NCBI RefSeq assembly: GCF_036365525.1
Contig: NC_090400.1
Span: 42,029,365 to 42,093,364, forward strand
From: Heterodontus francisci
Lineage: Eukaryota
Length of the DNA: 64,000 nucleotides
Direction of reading: 5' to 3'
In this document: positions 1-12,519 of the stretch, in pieces
How the letters are laid out: each line of letters opens with the position of its first letter
How positions within the stretch are numbered: the stretch's first letter is position 1
The notes under the pieces: generated by a model
Told to the model about the DNA's origin: nothing
The model's input: only the letters and a program-made list of their open reading frames with translations
Database searches by the model: none
Translations under genes and position numbers: made by a program

Positions 1-1465
1 TCCTGTCTCTCAGAATGTTTTCCAATAATTTCCCTACCACTGACATTAGACTCACAGGCCTATAATTACCTGGTTTATCCCTGCTACCCTTCTTGAATAA
101 TGGTACCACATTTGCCGTCCTTCAGTCCTCTGGCACCTCTCCTGTGGCCAGAGAGGATCTGAAAATTTGTGTCAGAGCCCCCGTTATCTCCTCCTTTGCC
201 TCACATAGCAGCCTGGGATACATCTCATCTGGGCCTGGGGATTTATCCACCTTTAAGCTCGCGAAAACAGCTAATACTTCCTCTTTTTCAATACTAATTT
301 GATCAAGTATATCACAATCCCCATCTCTGATCACTACACCTACATCGTCCCTCTCCATAGTGAACACAGATGAAAAGTAATCGTTCAAAACCTCACCTAT
401 GTCCTCCGGCTCCACACACAGATTGCCTCTTAGATCCCTAATGGGCCTCACTTTTTCCCTGGTTATCCTCTTGCCCCTAACATACTTATAAAATGCCTTG
501 GGATTTTCCTTTATCTTGTCTGCCAGTGATTTTTCATGCCCCTCTTCGCTCTCCTAATTACTTTTTTAAGTACTCCCCTACACTTTCTATACTCCTCTCG
601 GGCCTCCTCTGTTTTCAGCACTCTAAATCTGCCATACACCTTTTTTATCCTTATCAAATCCTCTATATCCCGTGACATCCAGGGTTCCCTGGACTTGTTG
701 GCCCTACTCTTCACCTTTACGGGAACATGCTGTGCCTGAACCATCACAATTTCCTTTCTAAATGACTCCCACTGGTCTGATGTGGACTTTCCTATAAGAA
801 GCTACTCCCAGTTCACTTTTGCCAGATCCTGTTTTATCATGTTGAAACCTACCTTCCCCCAATTCAGTACTCTTATTTCCAGTCCCTCTATGTCCTTTTC
901 CATAACAACCTTAAATCTTACAGAGTTATGGTCACTATCCCCGAAATGCTCCCCTACTGCCACTTCTACCATTTGTCCATCTTCATTCCCTAGGATTTAG
1001 TCCAGTACTGCTCCTCCTCTTGTAGGACTCTACGTGCTGGCTCAAAAAGCTCTCCTGAATGCATTTGAATAATTCTGCTCCCTTTAAGCTTTTTGCACTA
1101 ATACTATCCCCTCTAATATAGGGGAAGTTGAAATCCCCTACTATTATTACCCTATTATTTTTGCACCTCTCTGAGATTTGCCTACATATCTTCTCCTCTA
1201 TCACTGCCTGACTGTTTGGAGGCCTGTAGTACACTCCCAGCCAAGTGATAGCCCCCTTTTTGTTTTTAAGTTCTACCCATATGGCCTCATTACCTCCTTA
1301 CTGCAGTAATTGACTCTTTAATCAACAGTGCAATGCCACCTCCTCTTTTACCCCCTCCCCTATCACATCTGAAGATTCTATACCCTGGGATATTAAGCTG
1401 CCAGTCCTGCCCTTCCCTCAACCATGTCTCAGTGATAGCAATAATATCATATTCCCATGTGTTGA
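1..1465 (-). mobile_element. CR1 LINE fragment (ORF2 endonuclease C-terminal half and linker), degenerate, runs off window start
   Basis: Minus ORFs 983-1234 (YYRPPNS...IIVGDFNFP, APE endonuclease motifs), 511-747 and 122-451 (LNDYFSSVFT...KSPGPDEMYPRLL); broken by frameshifts and stops. Confidence 0.9.
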
Positions 1466-1469
1466 TAAA

Positions 1470-2023
1470 AAAGTCAGTAAATATTTAATTTAAAAATAAT
1501 TTTAAAAATAAAATAATAACATTGAATCCCCTCTCCCACCCCCACCCAATCCTCAACACATAAAAATGACCTTATTCCCCCCCCCAAAATACACTTCTTG
1601 AAATTCCGAATTTTCCCCCCTGAACTTCAGTATCTTTGATCCTCAACCCCTTCCCACCATCCCCACAACGAATAGGAATTTCCCCACATCCCCCCTCCCG
1701 CCCTGATGATTTTATTTCTTCCCCCTTTCCCACCAGTGTCTCGCCTCGGAACTCCAATGGAGTTCCGCAGGCACATGAGTTGCGGCATGGGACGGCCGCC
1801 ATCGTCAGGTAAGTTCATCTGCATTTTAATTATCCTGATTTTAATATTTTAATGAAGGCCCCGCCACCAAGCGGTGGGAGGGCCGCACCGAGGCCTCGCT
1901 GCCGCCACTAATATTCGGCGGGGCCGTCTCGGCATCGTGCATCGTGGTGGGCTACTCCTGCTAACATTTTACAGGCCTCCCTGCCACAACCCACGGCGTC
2001 AAGAGGCTGGTAAAATTCAGCCC
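1470..2023. mobile_element. GC-rich non-autonomous TIR element (Harbinger-type MITE), right half
   Basis: Ends in AAAATTCAGCCC (2012-2023), the terminus shared with other MITEs here; left part cut by the CR1 insertion. Confidence 0.6.
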
Positions 2024-3764
2024 CGTATGTTCTACCACAGTACTAACAGTATTTTGATAAAATTAATTAAATTCATTATCTTTGCATAATTTGTCAGCAA
2101 TGTTTTTTAACTTCATCAGAATTATCATTTTTATATAAAATTCTTAACATCATTTTTAAAAATTCTTTAAATATGGGATATGGTATTCTGTAATATGTTG
2201 TAATTTAGAATAGCGTGCAACTTAAAGCACTTCCATGGTTACTCGGTCAAGATAGATGTAACTAAAGCTATCTTTTAACTCTTAGATGTAGCTCCAAAGC
2301 ACTCTGATTATGAAGCCACTATTTTTATACCATGAAGCAGCTTGGACCAAAGATGATCCAGAAATCTTGATGAGACAAGTTTTGATGCTGATACCTATCT
2401 CCGAGATTCCAGAAAAGATGATGAAAATCCATCTTTAACCTTGTAATGTCAAAATAAGTGCCTTTGAACAGCTGCTCAATAGTACAGCATCATGGACACC
2501 TGCAGTGCCCTGTATTGCAAGTTCACAATTTCAGCTGGACCATTAGGGTAAGAATATCAACAAGCTCATCAGTCCAGGTTGTTCTGCACATTCTGCGCCC
2601 AGTTACACAGTAGTATGACACCAGAATGCTTAGAGTAGGTTGGTTTTATTCTCTTTTCATTGAGGTCTAAAGGCTGGGAGCAGAATGAGCGTCAAATTGG
2701 GAGAATCAACAAACTTCTTATAATCAATTTGGTTTCTTCATCTGAAAACAAAACTGATTTTGCACTTTTTACTGTCTGCTTTGTAAATTGTTATGTTTTA
2801 CAATTTGCAAATATCAACCGTTACAAAGCATAATAGCTTTGTTCTTTGGAAAGTACATTTATTTGAAAATTATCATAATATTTTTCACAATAATGTATTT
2901 TTTATTAAAATATTGGTAAATATAAACTATGGATGGCATCTCTAACATGTTAGAAGTATATTGGGGTTTGCATTGTTTTTGAAATCTGGTTATTAACAAA
3001 ATATATGAATATGATTTAAAATTTCAAGAAATTTCACAACGAGGTAAATATAAAGAAAGTATAAACTTATATCACTATGTAATTTTTTTATGTTTGCGTG
3101 ATGATTGACACAGCAGAGTAGAAGGCAAGTTTTAACCTGGCAAGTAACTATTTCAAAGTGCCTAAAATAATCAAAGGAACATGTTCTGGCCAATACAGCA
3201 TTTAGCATCAGAGGATGTGGATAGTTTATTCAGTTATACCTTTTATGTAAAAGATAGTAGATATTACTGTCTCACCTCTTCCTGTCTTGTGATGGTGCCA
3301 CTCTGCGCAGACTTGAACAGCACAACTTGGTACAATTGGTAACAGTGGAAAATACTAAACCAAAATGAGCAGAACTGTTAGAGAAATAATCAATTCAAAC
3401 TGCAAAACAAAAGAATATTTAGATGACGAGTCTGCTCATCAACACGAGGGGTGGTAGTGTTGTGTGCAACAATTTTTCAATTACAGCATCTAAAGTCACC
3501 ATCTCACAGGCACGTTACAAATATAGCACAAGCATCTCACATAGCATTCTAATCCTTTTCAACAAACACCTTAATCACAACTTCAGAGGACCACCTTCCT
3601 ACATTTTCCATTTCTTATACAAGGCATCCTGCTGGCTTCTCAGAGTGAAATTGCTAATCTGATGCTGAATTATAGTTTTCTGTTGTGAACTCGTTCAGTA
3701 TGGACTGGGTTGAAACTATCCTAACTTATTCCATTTTGAACCATTCAAATCGACCAAGACAGGA

Positions 3765-6069
3765 GATTTGTAAAGGAGCCTTAAGGGAAGAGTGACCATA
3801 ATATGATAGAATTTTACATTAAGTTTGAAACTGATGTAGTTCAATCTGAAACTAGGATCTTAAATCTAAACAAAGGAAACTACGAAGGTATGAGGGGCAA
3901 GTTGGCTATTGTAGATTGGGAAACTACACTAAAAAGTATGACAGTAGACAGGCAATGGCTATCATTTAAAGAATTAATACATGGTTTACAACAAATATGT
4001 ATTCCTTTGAGGCACAAACACCCAACAGGAAAAGTGATCCAACCATGGCTAACAAGAGAAGTTAAAGATTGTCTTAGATCAAAGGAAGAGGCTTATAAAG
4101 TTGCCAAAAAAAGGAGTAAGCCTGAGGATTGGGAGCATTTTAGAATTCAGCAAAGGATGACCAAGAAACTGATAAAGAAAAGGAAAATAGAATATGAATT
4201 TAGTGAGGAACATAAAAACGGACTGTAAAAGCTTTGATAGGTACGTAAAAAGAAAAAGATTAGCAAAGACAAATGTGGACCCATTACAGGCAGAGTCAGG
4301 AGAATTTATAATGGGGAACAAGGAAATGGCAGAGAAACTAAACAAATACTTTGTGTCTGTCTTCACAGAGGAAGATACAAAAAAACTCCCAGAAATACTA
4401 CAGAACCAAGGGACTAGCGAGAATGGGGAACTGAAAGAAATTGGTATTAGTAATAAAGTAGTACCAGAGAAATTAATGGAACTGAAAATTGGTAAATTAC
4501 CTGGACCTGATGATCTACATCTCAGAGTGTTGAAAGAGGTGGCTGTAGAGATAGTGGATGCATTTTGTGGTCATCTTCCAAAATTCAATATATTCTGGAA
4601 TGGTTCCTGCAGATTGGAAGGTAGCAAATGTAACCCTACTATTTAAGAAAGAAGGGAGAGAGAAAACAGGGATCTACAGACCTGTTAGCCTGACTTCAGT
4701 AGTAGGGAAAATGCTAGATACTATTATAAAGGATGTGATAACTGGACACTTAGAAAATAATTTTAGGATTGGGCAGAATCAACATGGATTTATAAAAGGG
4801 AAATCATGTTTGACAAATCTGTTGGAGTTTTTTGAGGATGTAACTCGCAGAGTAGATAAGGAAGAACCAGCGAATATAACGTATTTGGATTTTCAGAAGG
4901 CTTTCAATAAGATCCCACACAAGAGGTTAGTAAACAAAATTAGAGCACATGGGATTGGGGGTAATATATTGGCATGGATTGAGAATTGGTTAATGAACAG
5001 ACAACAAAGATTAGGAACAAATGGGTCATTCTCAGGTTAGCAGGCTATGACTAGTGGGTACCTCAAGTATCTGTGCTTGGGCCACAGCTATTCACAATCT
5101 ATATTAATGATTTGGATGTGGGGACCAGATGTAATATTTCCAAGTTTGCTGATGACACAAAACTAGGTGGGAGTGGGAGTTTTGAGGAGGATGCAAAGCG
5201 GCTTCAAGGGGATTTAGACAGGCTGAGTGAATGGGCAAGAACATGGCAGATAGAATATAATGTAGAAAAATGTGAAGTTATCCACTTTGGTAGGAAAAAC
5301 AAAAATGCGGAGTATTTCTTAAATTGTGAGAGATTAGGAAATGTTGATGTCCAAAGGGACCTGGGTGTCCTTGTTCATGAGTCACTGAAAGGTAGCATGC
5401 AGGTGTGGCAAGCAATTGGGAGGGCAAATGATATGTTGACATCTATTACAAGAGGATTTGAGTACAAGAGTAAAGATGTCTTGCTGCAATTGTATAGAGC
5501 CTTGGTGAGAATGCACCTGGAGTATTGTGTACAGTTATGGTCTCCTTACCTAAGGAAGGATATACTTGCCGTAGCGGGAATGGAACGTAGATGCAGCAGA
5601 CTAATTCCTGGGATGGTGGAATTGCCCTAAAAGGAGAGATTGAGGAGACTGGGCCTGTATTCTCTAGAGTTTAGAAGAATGAGAGGTGATCTCATTGAAG
5701 CATTCAAAATTCTTACAGGGCTCAACAGGGTGGATGCAGGAAGGATGTTTTCCCTGGCTGGGGGATCTAGAACCTGGGACACAGTCTCAGAATAAGAGGT
5801 AGGCGATTTAGGACTGAGATGAGGAGGAATTCCTTTACTCAAAGGATGGTGAATCTTTGGAATTCTCTACCCCAGAGAGCGGTGGAGACTCAGTCACTGA
5901 GTATGTTTAAGACAGAGATCAATAGGTTTCTAGATATTAAAGGCATCAAGGGATATGGGGATAGTGCAGGAAAATGGCTTTGAGGTAGAAGATCGGCCAG
6001 GATCTAGTTGAATGATGGAGCAGGTTCGAGGGGCTGAATGGCCTACTTCTCTTATTTCCTATGTTCCTG
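3765..6069 (+). mobile_element. 5'-truncated CR1 LINE (ORF2 RT to 3' tail), frameshifted
   Basis: ORFs 3803-4228, 4194-4646, 4558-5040, 5073-5630 carry YRPVSLTS, GKSCLTNLLEFFE, YLDFQKAF, GPQLFTIYINDL, KFADDTK; CR1 3' end GGCTGAATGGCCTACTTCT...TCCTATGTTCCT. Confidence 0.95.
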
Positions 6070-6329
6070 TTTGTATTTCATCATTCTGAAATGGATTAAA
6101 TTCACAGCTCAAAGATGAAAAGATACAGTACTATCACACACAACCAATTGCCTAATTAACCATTTAATCCTGTGGCTGCATATATATTAGAAAAAGCAAC
6201 AACTAGAAAGGGTAGTCATAGCCAAGGAATTCAAAATTAATTTGTAAACCATTCAAGTTTGTTTGCAATTCATATCAACTGAACCTTTGGATGTTTACAC
6301 CCTTGAGTCACATTTCAAGCTAGATCCAC

Positions 6330-6659
6330 TTATTTATTTTTTTATTTATTTAGAGATACAGCACTGAAACAAGCCCTTCGGCCCACCGAGTCTGTGCCGA
6401 CCAAGAACCACCCATTTATACTAACCCTACAGTAATCCCATATTCCCTACCACCTACCTACACTAGAGGCAATTTACAATGGCCAATTTACCTATCACCT
6501 GCAAGTCTTTGGCTGTGGGAGGAAACCGGAGCACCCGGCGAAACCCCACACGGTCACAGGGAGAACTTGCAAACTCCGCACAGGCAGTACCCAGAATTGA
6601 ACCCGGGTCCCTGGAGCTGTGAGGCTGCAGTGCTAACCACTGCACCACTGTGCCGCCCC
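6330..6659 (-). mobile_element. HE1-type tRNA-derived V-SINE, full length
   Basis: Minus strand reads GGGGCGGCACAGTGGTGCAGTGGTTAGCACTGCAGCCTCACAGCTCCAGG (A box), GGTTCAATTC (B box), CR1-like 3' end and (TAAA)n tail; AGCTAGAT repeated at 6318 and 6660. Confidence 0.9.
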
Positions 6660-6779
6660 AGCTAGATGTCAAGATGCCATGGAGCCTGGATGGCAGGTAA
6701 GTTTTGGTTGTCTCACCAGGGCTAATCAGTCAAGAAACTCATCAGTATCCAGGACAAAGGAGCCTGCATGATTGGCACT

Positions 6780-7705
6780 TGTCAGGCAAGCCCCCCATTT
6801 GCCAAGAATGAGGAAAATTAATTTCGTCACATGAACATTGATTTTAAACAGTTATTGGTACAGAAAGAACTTGCTTTCAAAAAACAATTGGAGACTTTGG
6901 CTGCAGAGAGACATTAGCATATCCACAGACAGTACTTCAAAGAACAAAGGGGCTATTCCTTGCTTCAATTTAGTCCACAATGGACTTTTGATTACCAGAC
7001 GTTGAAGGTGGAAAGGTTAGCATTCCAGGTTAACTGCTAAGATGGCCGAATACACAGACATGGTCGAACCGGTTTGGTCACATGGCTGGCTGACTGTTGG
7101 AGTTTTTTGAATTTGAACTTCCAACAAGGAATTTGAAACGCAGTAGGCTGTTTTTTCCTGGACTGAGGACACCTCTCTCCTGTCTGCTCTCATCTCGCTC
7201 TAACCAGCATCGGAAACCATTGAAGACGTATGAACCCCAAGAGAGAAAAGTCTCCTACAGTGAACAAGATTTAAGAAAAATACTGGGCCCCAATGAAAAG
7301 TAAGAGCTGTCTACAATCACGGACTGTACAGCAAGCTGGAAACACAGAAACAGTAGCAAGAAACCCCCTTTAAAGACTGCCTCAAACCTCTCTAGTATAT
7401 TTTTATTCTGTCCGTATTTGCATGTGTGTATCGCGTGTGCATGCTAGCGTGGGTGTGTCGTATCTCCGTAGACGTTAACCGTATTAGAGTTTAAGTTTAA
7501 GGTTTAATAAATTTCATTTTTCTTCTTTAAACCTAAATAAAACCTGCTGTGCTCAATTCTTTGCCTTATAATTGGAAAGATGTGAACAAGGATTCACCAA
7601 AGGGGGAGCTCAAAACACAGTGTATATAAAATCAAACCCAGTTACAATAAGACCAGGTGAAGACAGTAAAAGGCCCCAAGACACCTTTCTCACCTGGTTG
7701 TAACA
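6780..7705 (+). mobile_element. Solo LTR (Gypsy-like) inserted in a LINE 3' end
   Basis: TGTCAGG...GTTGTAACA termini, flanks CACT/CACC (near-perfect 4-bp TSD), AATAAA and GT-rich tract inside; host sequence ATTGGCAC|CCCATCTAC is contiguous in the LINE copy at ~39851. Confidence 0.8.
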
Positions 7706-8095
7706 CACCCCATCTACCACCGAAACAATCACTCCCTCTACCACCAGCGCACCATGACTAGAGTGTGTACCATCTCCAAGATGCATTGCAGCAACTCGCC
7801 AAGACTTTTTCGACAGCATTTCTGATCCCACAATCTCTGCCACCCAGCAGAACAGAGGCTGCAGACACAAGGGGACACCACCACCTGCAAGTTCCCCTCC
7901 AAGTCACACTCCATCCTGACTTGGAAATATATCACTGTTCCTTCACTGACACTGTGTCAAAATCCTGGAGCAGCCTCCCTACACCACACAGCAGTGGTTC
8001 AAGAAGACAGCTCACCATCACCTTCTCAAGGACAATTAGAGATGAGCAATAAATGCTGGCCTTGCCAGCAACACTCATATGCCATGAACAAATTT
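7706..8095 (+). mobile_element. 3' end of CR1/jockey-group LINE family B (left piece at ~6733-6779)
   Basis: Matches 3' ends at 15600-15960 and 39860-40270 (CAGCTCACCATCACCTTCTCAAGG...AATAAATGCTGGCC). Confidence 0.85.
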
Positions 8096-8104
8096 TTTTT
8101 TAAA

Positions 8105-10692
8105 TAACCAGGAGCATTTATAAACTGCAAGGGTTTCCACTCCATCAGTGTGCAACAACATGTAACCACGACAAAAGGTTTCTGCAGGTGTGCACCAGAT
8201 TCCTGGGGACTACCATGATGCTTTCATCCTGTGGAAGTCCCAGCTCCCTGACCTCTTTGGATCTCCAAGCAGATTTAAGGGGTGACTGGTAGGGACAAAG
8301 ATATTTCAAAATTAGCTCATGGCACCCTTGAGAAACTCAACCACTGATGCCCAAGAGTAGTACAACAACAACCATATGACAACCAGCTGTGTCATTGAGC
8401 AAGCGATTACATGCTGAAGATATTTATCAAGTGCCTGGTGTCATGAAGGTGCTTCCATTATTAATATTTTTTGAGGACTTGTATTTAAAAGACTGCGGAA
8501 AATACCTGAGAAGATGCCTGGAATTTTTTTTTTAAGGGTCACTGGAAGGACACTTGGGACTTTGTTTAAAAACAAACACTTACTGGATGTCACATGTCTT
8601 AAGTAAACAGCCGGAGCCTTAGGACTATGGAACTGTTTGGACTTAGAGAAGTCACATGTCTGGGTTTATGGCTGTTAGGAGATTTGGTTTCATTTTTGGA
8701 TATTGTTTGGAGTTCAGTTGGTGGATAGCCTGCTAAGAGAGAAGCCACTCAACTCGTCCTTTGCCACCTGTTTTGAAAAATCTTCTGAGAATCCAGTGTG
8801 ATAGCTGAAATGCTGAAACGACTGATGCAGTAATTCTCCCGAAAAGCCTGCAAGACTACTCCTCGATGTCTCCTGAACAGAACTGCTCCAGAATGATCCC
8901 AGTGACAGCCATCTACATGGACCTGGACGTCAGACCACAAGGGCCATCTGGAACATTCCAGATCTTATCCTTTTCCTTCAAGAATTGAGAATAATGTGGC
9001 CAAAGTACTTTTTTTTAACAGTTGATCTCCGCAGAGCCTGTTATTTCATTTTTCTTTAACTGGTGTGTGTATGTGTGTGTGTTAGGATATTTTAGAAGGG
9101 TACATATTTATACTTTCATATTTCAAACTGTGTGTTAATAAGCTTTGCATCTTTTTTGAGTAAGTCTTGTTTTATAATAAATCAACAATTTTGTTGTTTA
9201 TTAAAGAAACCTGGTTGGCGGATTTTTATTCTGAAACTAATATAAAGTATATAATTGTCTGTATCGGTAACTGGGTAAAACATTTAAATATATGATGTGA
9301 CCAGTGGAGTAGTGGAACTCGAGAAAAACAGTGCATTCCTCCAACCTCGGTCGTAACACTGGACTGATCTGGTACTCATCAGCCAGAGTTTTAGAATGAT
9401 CTTGCTATGCTGCAATCAGCACAACTTTGCGCAGCAGCAAGGATTGGAGTTCCAAGAGGAACAAGGTACTGAGCACACAACGTCCATTGAAATGCAAGTA
9501 TTTGTGTTGGTGCATGGTAACCATGAATCTTGCGATGGTGTACCCTCAGAAGCAATCAACTCTGAGGATTTTTCATCTGCATTGTCTACCAACTGCTGCT
9601 GCACAGCTGAAGGTCATGGCAGAAAGAAAATATATGAATTAGCACTCACCAGGTAAGAATGTTGCAATTTATCATTTTAGATTATTACATTTCACTCGCT
9701 GCTGAAATCAAGTCAATATGACTTAGTATTGTATGACATGTAGGCTTATGATATTTAATTCTGTCAACAGGTAGCTGGGAGGTTTCTATTTCCAATAGCC
9801 AGGGACATTGAGACGCCACTGATGATCAGATTTTCCTCCTCTGCAGTTGTCAGCTGTGAGATACATGGAGCACCACCTCTGGTTCTCTCTCTCTCCTTTG
9901 TGTTTTGCACTCACTTCTCCCACAATGAAGGATAGAACAGACTTATGATTGACTGTAATGGCATGTGTTCGCCCGATAGATGCAATGCATTTGATGAGGG
10001 TGACTATTGGAGGAAGCATCAAATTGCATAAGGATCAGGATGAGCGCAGTGGTAACTGGATATATGGGGATATGAGTAAGTGCATAGAAAGAGGATGGTA
10101 AGTTTGTTAGGTAAGTGGTTGTAAGAAGTCTTGTGATGGAGTAGGCTTATCATTGCAAAGTGAGGGGTGGTGATCCACACAACAGGATGCAGGTGAATGT
10201 GCAACTGTACTCACCTTTCCTGACCTGATTAGGTCATTAAAGCACTTCTTGCACTGAAGCCAAGAGCATGACACAGTGCTCCTGCTGCTGACCTACTGGG
10301 GCACCTCGAGCCATGCATTCTTTGTGACAGCAACAGATTTCTTCCTCCCCTTGCTGGGGAAGAGTATCGCTCTGCAACTTCTCACTGTCACTAGCAGTAC
10401 ATGAAGGGAGGTATCATAAAAGTAGGGCACAGCCTTTGATTGTCCTGAGTCCAAATTCTGAAATTGCTGTCTTTTCCAATCTCCCAACTCCTCCAAATTA
10501 CATTTTTGAATTGGCCATTTAATTACTCAGTTCAGATCACAGCCACTGCTGTGCATTCGAAGCCAAACCTGGAAGAAAAAGTATAATGTGCCTGCGTTAA
10601 AATGTCACAGATGTGCTGAAATTATTTCTGTGTTTCCAATGTGATATGGAACCTCCTCATTCCCAAGATAACTCAAAGTTAATATTCAGGCC
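8105..10692. mobile_element. Fossil autonomous PIF/Harbinger DNA transposon (transposase on +, Myb/SANT gene on -), split by a solo LTR
   Basis: Plus 8115-8438 gives INCKGFHSISVQ, HDAFIL and DK/MAPLRN..YN..VIEQA-like remnants; 9360-9450 gives CC.QHNFAQQ; minus 10215-10435 gives PYFYDTSLHVLL...AWLEV...WLQCKKCFNDL; right end AATATTCAGGCC. Confidence 0.8.
8439..9358 (+). mobile_element. Solo LTR (Gypsy-like)
   Basis: TGTCATG...GGTCGTAACA termini with perfect 4-bp TSD CTGG (8435-8438, 9359-9362); 3' end related to LTRs at 10928, 12705 and 33165. Confidence 0.9.
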
Positions 10693-10927
10693 TATAATTT
10701 GAATCTGCTACATTACTCTCAACATACATCAGTCTCAGTCTGGTATGTGTACATTACAGCAACAATCTATTTAAACAGACATGTTCAGACTGGAGCAACT
10801 AAAGTCTAGACTAGCTAATAAACAAATTTCACATGTAAACATTCTTTACAGTATTGTATTGGTATGAAAACTCATTCGTTTATGGAGATTTGCACTGAAA
10901 TATTTTCAAACTACCTATGGAGCATAG

Positions 10928-12511
10928 TGTTACGACCAAGGTGGGAGTAATGCACTGTTAATTCAGTCTCACTACACAGGTCATAGCATATTGGTAATAT
11001 TTCCCACCTACCGGAAAAATAGCCAAATTAAACACTCGGTTTGTCCTCCAGAATAAAGTACACCAAACCAGGTTTCTTTAAACAACAAAATGAGCTATTT
11101 ATTAATAAACTAATGAGATAACTCTATATGTGAAAGGATCCTTTTCAAATTTCTTATTCTTCCTAACCCTCATGCGCACACACACATACATAAAAATAAA
11201 CGGTTAACCGGTTTTAAAAGTATCTTTTGAATTACAACTGTTTCTTAGGAATATTAAAATAACTGGGTTGTAATGTTCTGGTAGGATATTTCCAGGATGG
11301 TGAGGTGTCCCAGAGTCAAATAGCCGGATGCCACTCGAAGCCTTTCTCCACGGAGAGCAGCAACTCCTCTTTTCCTGGGTCTTTTCCTCTCCAGGTGTCT
11401 TTTCTCTCTCCAGGCAGACCACAGCCACCACCTCAAATGTAGAATTTCATTTTACAAGAAAACCTTTTTTCAGAGAGTAGGTCTTTTCTCTGGTCTGCAA
11501 ACACAGGTCCCCAGTCAGCTCACTGCTAGCGGCTTCCAGCTTTTTCCCACTGCAAAACTGAAACTTTAACAATAAGTCATGTGACAGGCATAAATCTTTC
11601 TGTCATTTTCCTGCTGAGCTGCCTGCCGAGTGCCTATGCACTCGGTTCAAACGCTGTTGGGAATGGTAGCGGTGGGGGGGTGCAATGAAGATAGGTATGA
11701 TGGAGGCCCTCCACCGACCCCGACAGACCCCGTACTGATCTCAGCGGTGAGGCCTCGTGGCAGCCGCCCTGCTGCTCGGTGACAGGACCCCCATTTCAAT
11801 ATGTAAATTAATTTACATACCTGATTTAATGAAGGTCCTGTCGCTTCCTTAATCACTGCACCGATCTATATTCAGGCAGCCGACAATGCCATGCCTTCGA
11901 ATCCCTGTTCAGGGAAACGTGGCGCGACACCTGTGGGGAGGAGGTTTTTTTCTCTTTGCGGGAGGAGGGGAGCAGGGTGACAATGCTGCGAATTGGCCGG
12001 GGGAGGGGAGGGGATGATGGGAAGGGGTAAAGGACAAAGGTGCCGAACTTTGTGGGGGTGGGGGAAGGTCAAATTCTTAATATAGGAATTTTGGGATGGG
12101 GTGGTGGGGGGGAAATGGCAGGAATGTTTTGAAGTGCCATGGGAGGGGGGTGGAAATATGCATGAAAAAGTCATTTAATTTTTTGCGAAACTGTAACTTA
12201 CCTGGCCCTTTAAATTTTAAATGTCCATTGAGGGCTATAAGCCCTTTAAAAACGGCACTGCATTTGCGCATGGGCGCCAGATGCGTTGCTGGCGACGGCA
12301 CACACCCTCCATGTCATTGCGGGGGGCTGGCGCCGCGGCCATGCAAATGAGTCGCCGCATTTAAAATCGCGGCGGCTCCATGACATGGTGCCCGTGCGTG
12401 CGGGCTGAAAGTTTCAGCATTCAATGTCCACAGAGAAAAATCCTTTTTCTCAGTTTTTAAAAGCACACAGTATTCTTAGCTTTCAATAAAAGAAACAAAG
12501 CTCTTGTGACA
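10928..12511 (-). mobile_element. Solo LTR (Gypsy-like) with internal MITE insertion
   Basis: TGTTACGACC...TTGTGACA termini, perfect TSD ATAG (10924-10927, 12512-12515). Confidence 0.85.
11605..12420. mobile_element. GC-rich MITE-like insertion inside the LTR
   Basis: Sharp GC rise; shares internal blocks (GACAGGACCCCCATTTCAATATGTAAAT; AGCCCTTTAAAAACGGCAC) with 23781-24430 and 17900-18482; termini eroded. Confidence 0.6.
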
Positions 12512-12519
12512 ATAGCAAT

